Under the pieces are notes generated by a model. That model was given only the letters and a program-made list of their open reading frames with translations, did not search any database and was not told where the DNA came from. Of a stretch of DNA of 64,000 bases, positions 12,087-23,164 are shown one piece after another (within the stretch, counting starts at the first letter, position 1; the number at the start of each line of letters is the position of its first letter). The position numbers and the translations under genes were made by a program. This DNA comes from Podarcis filfolensis (taxonomy: Eukaryota): NCBI GenBank assembly GCA_964270895.1, contig OZ185440.1; one strand, given 5' to 3'.

Positions 12087-13282
12087 CGGTATATTGCAAC
12101 AAGAAGTGCAAGAGACTTAAGTGGGAGAGACTAGAATTCACTGCCTAAAATGGAAAGCTGGGGTTGACAGGAAAACTATTCTGGTCTGGTTTTCAGGAAG
12201 TATATTACAGATGCACCTATATAAAATGAGTAGCCCTTTATATATAGCACAGTGAGAGAGAAGCCGACAAAAATAATAGATTTGTATGCCACAGCTCGCT
12301 CAATGGCACCATAATTTGTTTCTTTTTCCACCCGAGCCATTAAAAGAAGTTGACTTTAGCTCACATGTGAAACCTTCTGCACAGCAAAAGTGGTTTTCTT
12401 ATGGCTTCAGCACAAGAAATGTCCAGAGGATTTCAGGAAGTGTATAAATAGACTTTGTATCCTTGCAAAATGTTGTGCAGCTCTTCCCCCGCGCCCACCC
12501 GCCCGCCCCCCGTCTCCTAAGAAGAATAACTGAAAGTTCTATCATTTTCTATTTAATCTGGGTTTTTCTTTGACTTTCTCTTGGAAATAATTATGACAAT
12601 AAATGCAACGAGGTAAATTACATTAAATTGCTGCTTCTTGAAGCACTGGCTAGTAGTTAGGCTAACATAAAAATTGTTGCTCAGAGACACCCACACCCCA
12701 GGCTGGGGAAGATCTTTGTCTGCAGCCTGGGTGGGGATAGATTGCAATGCTTACACTGCGGCAGCAATATTGCAGGCCAGTCCACAACAGGGAGAGTGCT
12801 TCTTAGGTCTGACAGGTCTAATCATCTTGTTCCTTAATCCAGTGGTGAAAGGAGGTGATCAGGAATCCCTGACGATGACCCAACACCAAGCTGAAATATA
12901 CAACAAGGATTTACCTCTGGACCGACCCAGATAGTGAATGCTTGGTAACGTCCAAGCTAAGTTAAGATTGGCGGTAGGCGTTTAAGGGCGCTGAGCCAAG
13001 TTCTTGCTGCTAAGATGACTGCTTCTGCCCACATGCTGCTATACGGGGGGGGGGGGGTTACATCTGTGCTGACTGCTGCTGTCTAATTCACCAGAACCTG
13101 GCATGAGACTGACATGCCCCAGTTTTTTCATGCCCCACAGGCAACTTTCAGTGGCAGAATGTAATCTGACTGCGTTAAGACTGCAGGCTCAGAACCAAGG
13201 AGAAGCTATAGCACTGCCACTCTGCAAGGCCTGCTGCCCTTACTAAGCCTCTGAGCAAGCATGCATTGTTCTTTTCATCTAC

Positions 13283-13696
13283 CTACGGGACCGCCTCTCC
13301 TAGTATGCCCCACAGGGGACCTTAAAGTCCATATATAGCAACACCCTAGAGGTCCCGGGCCCTAAGGAAGTTAGATTAGCCTCAACCAGAGCCAGGGCCT
13401 TCTCAACACTGGCTCCGGCCTGGTGGAATGCTCTGTCTCTTGAGACCAGGGCCCTGCGGTTTCTGATCTCTTTCCGCAGGGCCTGTAAGACAGAGTTGTT
13501 CCACCTGGCCTTTGGCTCAGAATCACTTCCCCCTCTTTCTTTTTCCTTTCTCCTCCTATGAAGAGATTGTTCCCTAATGGCTTTAAGGTTGTATCTTAAT
13601 CTTTTAAATTGTATTTTAATCAACTTGTTTTTATTATTGGTTGTTAGACGCCCTGAGCCCAGTCTTGGCTGGGGAGGGCAGTGTATAAATAAAAAA
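13283..13696 (+). mobile_element. L2-like LINE 3' fragment
   Basis: Encodes RAFSTLAPAWWNAL (the L2/CR1 AFS..AP..WN.L motif), followed by a 3' UTR and a (TAT)n tail. Confidence 0.78.
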
Positions 13697-13699
13697 TTA

Positions 13700-13741
<42 letters not shown>

Positions 13742-13766
13742 CATCGTCATCATCATCATCATCATC
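13697..13766. repeat. (TAT)n(CAT)n compound microsatellite
   Basis: Seen directly; explains the poly-Y/poly-H ORF at 13577-13798. Confidence 0.95.
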
Positions 13767-14078
13767 TTAAAAATGTGCTTATTTATTCCACTTTATAGTG
13801 CATTCCAGTGGTGGCTGTTGCTCATCAGGACTGGTAGGGTGAAAGGCAGGGAGCCCAACAGTAGGTGGAGCCAGAGATGATGACAGGCACAGATGACTCA
13901 TTCCAGAGTTGCCCCTATCCTCCTCCCTGCTGAATGTACAGCAAAATTGAGACTACAAGGTGGGGAAGTTAATATCCAGGGTCGCCTCCTAGAAGGCAGG
14001 CAGGTGAGGGATGCCTGAGAGTTTGCCCTAATGTACCATCCTCCACTGGCACCCTCCTATACATAGTTACTTGGGAAT

Positions 14079-14362
14079 AAAGGTAAAGGTAAAGGTACCC
14101 CTGACCATTAGGTCCAATCATGGATGACTCTGGTGTTGTGCACTCATCTCGCTTTACTGGTCGAGGGAGCCGGTGTTTGTCCACAGACAGCTTCCAGGTC
14201 ATGTGGCCAGCATGACAAAGCCACTTCTGGCGAACCAGAGCAGCGCACGGAAGCACCATTTACCTTCTCGCTGGAGTAGTACCTATTTAACTACTTGCAC
14301 TTTGACGTGCTTTTGAACTGCTAGGTGGGCAGGAGCTGGGACCGAGCAACAGGAGCTCACCC
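14079..14362 (-). mobile_element. Sauria SINE lacking its 5' head
   Basis: Closely matches 3405-3680 and has the (ACCTTT)n tail. Confidence 0.88.
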
Positions 14363-14367
14363 ATCAC

Positions 14368-14574
14368 TTAATTCTGTTCTTAACCTGAAACTTTTCTTAA
14401 CCTGAAGCACCACTTTAGCTAATGGGGCCTCCCCCTGCCACCGCGCCACCGCTGCACGATTTCTGTTCTTATCCTGAAGCAAAGTTCTTCACCCGAGGTA
14501 CTATTTCTGGGTTAGCGGAGTCTGTAACCTGAAGCGTCTATAACCTGAAGTGTCTGTAACCTGAGGTACCACTG
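14368..14574 (-). mobile_element. Tc1/mariner (Tigger-like) MITE, one end missing
   Basis: Ends ...aacctgaggtaccactg followed by TA; reverse complement of the 27230-27443 family. Confidence 0.82.
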
Positions 14575-16699
14575 TAATCCCCATTTAATACAGTCTTTCA
14601 TTTAAAATATTCTTACCTGCCATTTGTCACAAGATCACAGGGTGGTGGTCACAAGTCTAAATAAATTCATTCCTACAACATACAAATGAAATTTAAAAAC
14701 AATAAATAGGAATGACAAAATACAAGGAGACTTTTTTAAAAAAGGTAAAAGCAGAATAAAATGCATCTATAATCCAAAATGCCTTGCAATAAGGAAGCCC
14801 CTCACCTGTTGCTTGTAATGCCTGTAATGAATAGAGTGGGATTTACTTTTGAATAAACATGCCTGGGATTGTGTTGTCATTGTTTGAGGTTAATTTCAGC
14901 AACCTTGTTTGTTCAATCTGGACTTGGAGGCCCATTTTTCATTCCTGGCCAGTTCACACCTGGGAGCAGACACCCAAGTTGGCCTCCCCCTTGGCACATC
15001 ACTGCACATGCTACACGGCCACCTTGCAGTGCTGATTAAAGAGAAACCTCCCAAGTCACAGCGGTCCCCAAATTGTCCTTTGATGCTGTCAAATAGATTT
15101 GCTTTGATCTGTGGTATTTGAACCTGGACATGTGTTGAGGAGTCAAACATGCTGAACATTGGGGAGTCTTTTTTTTTATTTCCCCCTTCCCTTGTCGAAC
15201 AGGAGTAAACATGGAATTTGCCATTGGGGGGGGGGAATCAGTTGCTCTTGCAGTGGGGGAGTGAAAATTTGGTTTTTGTGTTTTGTTTTGGAGGGTGTTT
15301 TTTTGCAGTTGTAAAAGACATTTAGCAGCTGTGTTTACACTGGCACACAATTTGGCTATTAGATGGCTGGGCAAGAACTGAAGATGTACAATATTGTTCC
15401 GACAATGTGCACTTACAGCTCATTTCCTTGGAAACGTGTTATTTTATATTTCCCTCGGTGTTATTAATCACATTTCACGATGCTTCGCTATTTCGGCGCT
15501 CTTCTCCATGGCTTGATTCATTTTGTAGCCCTGCTCCTTAGTGGTTACTGAATATTATTTGAGCAGGCAGGGAGCCTGCTACACAATATAGTCTTCTCTG
15601 CTTTAAGGGCGGGTGGGGGAGAGAAAGAAAGCAAATAAGCTCAAGCATGGCCCCGTGTAAGTTAAAATAACCCGTTAAGAGTTAAAAAAAACAAAATCTG
15701 CAGTGTATCAAAACAGTATTTAGCTGCTGGAGTTGAACAGAAAGGCACATATTTAGTCATTGTTTTTAAATGTAATGTATTTCCTTGGAGAACATATCAA
15801 CGTTTTCAACAAGAAGAGATTGTGATGGTTACAATTATGATTTGTGTGCAACTATACATTTACATAGTGGATCCTAGAGTAACATAAGCAACCTCCCAAA
15901 ACAGTCCCTGCCTCAAGGAGATCACAATCTAAATTTTAACAATGTGGAAATAAAACAATGAGGTAAGGGGAAAGTCCAAGCAGGATAGCACTACAAGGGA
16001 GAGGGAGGGGAGGGGAGGAGAAATAGCAAACATTGATTTGCACGTTACCCAATTTTGACCCTGGAGGGTCTATTTCCCAAAGCCCCCACAAAGGCAATTG
16101 GTAGAGCTGACAGTATGGTTGAAAGTAGAGCAGGCAAAGGCAGGAAAGGCCATGATTCCAGTATTATAGAAGTCCTGGCCTTTTGTCAGGATCCTATCCT
16201 ACCCTTCAGAGGGAAGAGACTTGGGGTCCCACAGAGTACTCTGCTTCAGCTGAAGACCTGGAGGAACCCGCACTCACCATGGCTACTTTGCAATGACAAA
16301 GTAACCTCAATCCCACACCCATCAAGATTGTGACTAATATCTGTCAAATAAGTAGAGGCAGAAAAACAGAAGCCTCTTTTGCAGGGGAAGAAATCAGGGT
16401 ACACGTTTCAGCACAGCACTATGTACTTAGAACAATATAGAACAGAAGAATAGTCCAGTGGTTTTTAATCAGTGTGCCATGCATTGCCGAATTTATGTAT
16501 AGGCTAAGTAGGCTGAAGCCTAGGGCCTCTAAATCTAGGGGTCCTTACCAGCCAGCCCGCTCCCCAACGAGCAGTCTCCCCTCTCCCAAAATTGCAAACC
16601 CAAGACTTCATGCAAGGGCAGGGCAACTCAGGCCTCCAAGTACTGGGCAACCAAGTACTGTGTACATATGCATGCTTCTACTTCTCAGAGGTCCAATAT

Positions 16700-16938
16700 T
16701 GCTCTATTTGCAGTCCTTGTTTTGCTGATTTCATTTAATATTCTAATTTTCTGAGATTGTTAATTTGGGGTTTTCATCAGCTGTACACCATGATCATCAC
16801 AATTATAACAAATAAAGGCTTGACATATCTTGCTTTGCATGTCATGAGTCTATCTCATGTATTAGTTTCACCTTTTAAGTTGAATTACTGAAATAAATGA
16901 ACCTTTCCACGATAGTCTAATTTTCCGAGTTTCACCTG
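16700..16938. mobile_element. Tc1/mariner terminal fragment
   Basis: Ends ...ctaattttccgagtttcacctg followed by TA, typical of Tc1-like TIRs. Left boundary approximate. Confidence 0.55.
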
Positions 16939-16940
16939 TA

Positions 16941-17385
16941 TAAAGCCTTAAACGGATCAGGACTGCAATACCTCAAGGACTGCCTCTTCCCATATGAACC
17001 TACCCAGTCCCTGAGATCATCTTCTGAGGCCCTTCTTCTTGTGCCTCCTCCTCGAGAGGTCCGGAGGGTGGCAACATGAAAATGGGCCTTCTCTGCAGTG
17101 GCTCCCCACCTATGGAATGCTCTCCCCAGGGAAGTTCTCCTGGCGCCATCATTATACACCTTTAGGCACCAGGCAAAAATGTTCCTTTTTATCTGGGCCT
17201 TTGGTTGATCTTATTGACATCCAACACCCTTCTAGAATGTGGCTTTTTTGGTGGAGGGGGGTGGGTTTATTAGGTTATTGCTTTTGATTTGATTTTATAT
17301 GTTGTGGTCTTGTTGTGAACCACCCTGAGACCTCCGGGTATAGGGTGGTGTATAAGTTGAATAAATAATAATAATAAATAATAAT
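16941..17385 (+). mobile_element. L2-like LINE 3' fragment
   Basis: Same family as 495-906; (AAT)n tail. Confidence 0.78.
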
Positions 17386-18330
17386 ATTTTTTAAAAAAAA
17401 TGGGGGGAGGAAAGACCACATATGGAGAGGAAGAGGGTAAGCATAGATGGCAAAAAGCACCATTAGTATTTCAGATTAGCTTCACATAGTCCAGCTTTCC
17501 TTCTTTGGAATAATATTCTACTCACAGAATGTGTAGTGCGGCTAAAGTCCTGTTTTGCGGCATAAACATACTTGACTGGGCTGCTTCTGTGTTCAGAGAG
17601 ATTGCCCAAGCCATTTGCCAACAGCATGAAAGACTGTAATTCTGCATTTCCCTATTTTATTCATATTTTCCTATCCGGAGCTTTTATTCCGTGGGGAGAA
17701 GTTGCAACGTGTGAAGCAATGTTCAGTGATTTAGCCTTAGGGTGGTTTCTTCTGCTATGCTTTGAAATGAACATATGGGAAAATACAGTGTGGAAATGAC
17801 AACACATGTGGCTTCCTTGGGGGTGAGGAAGACCTTTGAACTGTAGAGCTGTATCCTGCGCCTTCTCTTCTCGCAGCTCCGTAGCATAGTGAGGTTTTTC
17901 CTACTAAACTTCATTGGCTGCCACTTGTGAGGGTGAGGAAGTGTGCAACAGTGACATCATGTCATGCTCCTCCCCCCTCCTTTAAATTTTGATTTTCCAT
18001 TTGCACCTGCCTATGAAGATGGGCAAATGACAGCCTCCTGGTGGTCCTGTCTCATTATGAGGTGTGTGGTGTGTGCCCCAGGAAACAGCTTTTTCCATGG
18101 TGGCTCTTCAAAGGCGGTTCTCCCTCCCTACTATGGTATCTGGCCCCATCTCCTTATAGTTTTAAGCGACTATTTAAGATGCATCTTTTTCAGCAGGTGT
18201 TTGGAAAAGGAGGGACCTCATTGCTGCTGCTGTTAGTTAGGGCTGTCATACGGATGGAGTTTCCTGCTCAGAAATTCTGCAGTCAGAAGCAGTGTCTGGG
18301 TGGAAATAGCTGAAGATAGATGGATAAAAC

Positions 18331-18990
18331 TTTATTCGCATTAGCCTATGGCCATAGCAACATTAAAACATTACAGTATAGGCAGAAAAGGAAATTTGAT
18401 ATAAGAGCACAATTTAAAGTCCTGAATCAGCAATCAGTTAGTGGCCCTTATTCTGATTGCCCCTGCTATGAACCTAGCAACCTTTGCTGTTATCTGCTCA
18501 TTTTGATCTGATAGAAGGACATTGTTCTAGTGGCTGAGTGCCCTGGGATGGTTAGTATGAGTGGGGTGATGATCTCATTCCTCAGGTCTTTGTAGAGAGT
18601 ACAAGACAGGAGGACGTGTGCCGCTGTTTCGGTGCTACCATCTCCACAGGGGCAAAGACGTTTCTCAGGGGGGATCTTTTGGAATCGACCCTCAAGTACC
18701 GCAGATGACAAAACATCCAGTCTTGCAAGTGTAAAAGCACATCTGTATTTTGGGATAATAAGTTTGTGCAGATGTGGGGCCAGAGAATCAGAATGGAGAG
18801 GTGGAAAGTGAACATACCAAGGGCAGAATTTCCTTAGAGTGGCCAGGTTGTTCTGATGCTCGATATCTTTTAGACGTTGACCACTTAGACTATTTGCTTT
18901 ATTAGGGCCCATAGTGAGTAGGTGTTGTGGGGATAGCCACAAGATTGAAGTTTTTTGATAGAAATAGCTGAAATGTCCTTGAAAATCTGG
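18331..18990 (-). mobile_element. Non-LTR retrotransposon ORF2 C-terminus (RTE-X/I-like; clade uncertain)
   Basis: YRCAFTLARLDVLSSAVLEGRF...RLCPCGDGSTETAAHVLLSCTLYKDLR (C-x-C...H...C zinc-knuckle-like motif); terminal hairpin followed by AATAAA. Confidence 0.72.
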
Positions 18991-20188
18991 ACGTATGGCA
19001 ACCCATGTCAGAAGTCTAGATTTCGTCGAATTTCCTTAAAAAGAGCTCAAAAACATCTTTTTTAAGATTTTGTATGAAACAAGGCGAATAAAGCTGTTAA
19101 CCTGATTTAACAGTTTTTCATTATTTGGAAGCTATGGTTCTAACAATACATCAGGCTTTTTTGCAGCTGCATCACACTGCCGACTTGTGTTCAGCTTGAA
19201 ATCAACTTCATCCCTAAGATCCTTTTCTTCTACTGCCAAGTTAGGTATACCAACCCCAACCTATACCTGCGCTAATATTATTATTCTTGTTGTTGTTATT
19301 CCTACCAGTAGAAATGTGTGTGTGTCTTTGAGAAAACATAATCTGAGAAATGACCTTTGGTTTTGCTGGTGTGCTGGTGGGTGATACTAAACTAGATAAC
19401 AAAAAATCAAACAAATAAACCAGGAAACAGGAAACAGTTTTAGAATATGCATCATAGTTCAGAATATAGGTTTATGAAATTCCTGCACATGACCTCTCTC
19501 CCTTATATTTAGTGATTTCCCTGAGAATTCTAGATTCTAATCCCACTTTCAGGATTTTCTTGTGATCACGTCTGTATTTTGGATCTCTTCTATTGTTTCT
19601 ACAGAGCCTCAATACTCCACAGGGGGAAATACAGGATTGCTATTTGTAGGCTCAGATTTCCATGGAAGAAAACACCAACTCAGTGTACTTTTAAATGAAG
19701 AGGAAAATATTTCAAATTCTGAACACAGAATAAAATATGCAGAGAAAACAAAGACAATCAGAGAAGAAGATGGAGATATCTGGTCAAAAATTTAAATTTG
19801 GTCTCTTGCACGTCATAGGTTAAGTTTGAAGGTGCATTCTAGGTTACAAAAGATTGGGGAAATACTAAATTAAGCTAGTTGAAGTAATAGCATGTTACAT
19901 AGCATGGGTAAAATGCAAGATACCACCCTGTAGAAGGGAAGGACGTTGGTCCTTAAATAATTGTCTGAAAGAAGTAGGCTTGACAAGCCTAAATTTTAAG
20001 TTCAGTAACAGATATTATTTAAGTCTGCCTAGAAATGAGATGACTGATGTTATATTTACAGATTGCTTTAGGAAACCATTAGCTCTGTCTGGTTCCCCTT
20101 TCCATGACTTGCTTCAGGGGAACTCTAAATATAACTTTCAGGCTTCTTCGTCCCATAGTTTAATGTGTAGCAGATAGGGATTTTTTTA

Positions 20189-20189
<1 letters not shown>

Positions 20190-20247
<58 letters not shown>
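20190..20247. repeat. (TA)n microsatellite
   Basis: Seen directly. Confidence 0.95.
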
Positions 20248-20253
<6 letters not shown>

Positions 20254-21182
20254 CACCTGCACACCACCCAGTTCTGTTTACAGTGTATGGCCGAGCCACA
20301 CCTAGAGGAATCATCTGTACTATTTTTGTCCTTTTTATTGCCCTAGCTGCCTTTTCGTGGTGAACTCTGAGATGATTTCAAGCTACCTTCTCAGAACTCT
20401 CATCCAAATTGGTTGGTTCTTTTGAAAATGTGGCCTTGTGTCTTGTCAACAGGAGTAGGACTGCTTCTGGAGAGGACAGTGGTTCATTCTGTGCACACTG
20501 AGGTCTTTCAGAAATGTTTACTTGGGCAAGCGCTTACAGAGCATGCTCAGATGTGGGTTCTTCCCCCACCCCCCGACTCCCCTGTGCCATAGCTTTATTA
20601 ACAGCAACACATTTCTTATGGAGCCTTTCCCCCAGCATTTTGAAGGCCAGCAGTTCAAAAAGTACTTTGGCTAAAATCCTACACAGACTTACTATGGAGT
20701 AAGACCCACTGAATTCAGTGTGGTTTACTAGTGCCAAGTCAACATGCAAAAGAGTTGGTCTTCATAGCCAGATGTGGACAGTCACTTTTCAGTATTAGCT
20801 TATCCAGCATACTTTTTATTGCACTTTTACGATGATTTGGGATAATGTTGCTGTTGGGTTGGTCATACAGTACATGATCCCACTTTCAATACTATTTGCA
20901 CCTGCCAAATTTCAGGGGCAGTCACAGTGCTTCATTTCCAATCAGTGTATATCCCTTAACTTCCTGCTGAAATCCCATAACTTTTTATGCCACAAATGTT
21001 CAGGTTTTCGTCCCACTTTTTTGCACTATGGGCATATCCACCCTTACTTTTTTTTTTTTTTTGCTCAGGAGCTTTCCCCACAAAAACCAACTCTTTAAAG
21101 CTCAGTCAGAGCAAACAGCAATTCATATAAAACCTGAATTGATGTTTGCTCTGATTGAGAGCTAAACAGCAGGTTTTTGTGG

Positions 21183-21976
21183 TTCGAGGAACCGATCCCC
21201 ACTTGGAGGAATAAAGACACGTGGACACAGTGTATAAGGTTAATGGGCAAGAAAAGGCCACAACTTTATTGATTACAGCAAGTGAGAAGGTATTGGCTTA
21301 GGCATTGGACCACGGAGGATTTGACTCCACCCACTCAGAGAGGGGTGAGTCTGAAGAGGGGTTAACCACCAGTAGGGGGAGCCTGTTGATGCTAATACAA
21401 CTATAAGCTCTCCCCTGATGTCACCGAGGGTCGTGCCATGGCCCCCTGCCACATAGGCATCGGACAGGATCCACGACCACCGGATTCCTTTAACGGAATA
21501 CCCAAATTAGAAGGGGTAGGCGATGGCCACACCTTGCCCTTCCACACATCAACAACACATTCCAATGCCTAACTGCCAAATACCAAGAAAGTTGTGACGA
21601 TTGCTACGAGGTAGGCGAAAAAACCCAAAGGCCGGTGCCAATTTGCCAGTTGGAAAAAATTCCTACCAGGCCCCCTGGGCAACCTGGGCGACCAACCATA
21701 GGCCCATAGCAAGGTCAAGAGAAAAGCTAAGCCCTAAGCCTAAGGGAGTGGTGAGTGGGTGACTCGCGGCGAAAAGGTGAGCAAATGGGCGGAATGGCTG
21801 GCGCGGCTGCATCTTGAGCAGCAAACCACACCCCCGCCAAGCCACCCGGTTGGGCGCTCAACCGGGGGCGTGGCGCGCCAGCCATGTGAATGGAGCAGGG
21901 GGCATAACGCCCCCTGCATGACACAGGAATCGTCTCCCGCCCACAACACACACCCCCTCCGGAAGGAGGAGAGGCC
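21183..21976 (-). mobile_element. Solo-LTR-like element, copy 1
   Basis: Shares blocks with 61856-62611 in the opposite orientation (cctggtaggaattttttcca, ctactggtggttaaccc, ccaatgcctaagccaata, caataaagttgtggcc); AATAAA at 21265-21270 on the minus strand. Canonical TG..CA ends not confirmed. Confidence 0.7.
21610..21667 (-). other. ENE-like U-rich internal-loop RNA hairpin (copy 1)
   Basis: GGUAGG-AA-U6-CCAA-CUGGC...GGCCU-UUGGG-U6-CG-CCUACC. Confidence 0.55.
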
Positions 21977-22823
21977 TTGCAGGGGAAGCTCTGAAGCAAA
22001 AAAACAAAACAAAATAAAAATAAAAATGGAACTTTACAATGCAGACCTGTGCCCGGAAAAAGCAGGCTAAAGTTAAGTGTGGATAGCCCTATATCCACTC
22101 TGGGCAGCTATAGTCTGATAGCATGGGGAAAACATTAGAGAACAGCATACAGCAGAATAAATCTGTTCGTATTTGTAATATGATTTCATTGGGAATGTAT
22201 TTCACAAATAATGAATGGTATTGGGAAAGGAGATAGCAGTTGGCAATTGGCAGGTTATTTCTGTTAGTTCTGTCTTGACTGTGAAGGTAAGAGGTGTGAG
22301 GACTTCATGCAGATGCTGTCCGGAGGAGTTTTGTAAATAATACTTGTTGTTCAACTGTTACCAACATGTCAAGTAAAAAGATTTCTCTTCAGCTATTTGC
22401 GTAAGGCAGAGAGAGAGATGTATCACAAATAGCTAACAAAATCTACCACACTAACACACTATTATTGTGTCAGGAACATGTCCAGAACACACCCATAACA
22501 AAACACTAGTTTGGAGGGCCCTCCATAAATTAAAAGCAATAAAATCATTTCTACAATTGTGCAATTAGTTTGTGACACTAGTTGCACTATTGCTCAAATA
22601 CATGATTTGCCCTTATAATCATTATCATATGTTGCCATATTATTCAGTTGCAAAGTATTGTTGAAGAGCACAAGAGGGTTGGGGGATTTTTTGCTCCCCG
22701 AGGTGCTATAAGTCTTTAATTTAATCAGAATCAAATAAGAATCCAGAGGTTTGATCCAGCATGTTTTAAACTGGCAACCTGACAGTCATCATCAGTAAAT
22801 TAAGAAAAGTGTATCTTCTCACA

Positions 22824-23164
22824 GGGACGCGGGTGGCGCTGTGGGTAAAACCTCAGTAAGGTCGGCGGTTCGAATCCCCGCAGCGGGGTGAGCTCCCGTT
22901 GTTCGGTCCCAGCTCCTGCCAACCTAGCAGTTCGAAAGCACCCCCAAGTGCAAGTAGATAAATAGGGACCGCTTTATAGTGGGAAGGTAAACGGCGTTTC
23001 CGTGAGCGGCGCTGGTGCTGGCTCGCCAGATGCAGCTTCGTCACGCTGGCCACGTGACCCGGAAGTGTCTTCGGACAGCGCTGGCCCCCGGCCTCTTAAG
23101 TGAGATGGGCGCACAACCCTAGAGTCGGACACGACTGGCAGGGGTACCTTTACCTTTACCTTTA
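22824..23164 (+). mobile_element. Sauria SINE with a short internal deletion in the head
   Basis: GGGACGCGGGTGGCGCTG head, GGTTCGAATCCC B box, (ACCTTT)n tail, TSD tatcttctca at 22812-22821 and 23163-23172. Confidence 0.92.

Larger units (their letters stand above)
21030..22089. mobile_element. Palindromic MITE split by an LTR-like insertion
   Basis: Ends gggcatatccacccttac / gttaagtgtggatagccc are inverted; ttgctcaggagctttcccc pairs with ggggaagctctgaagcaa; tat flanks both ends. Confidence 0.7.
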
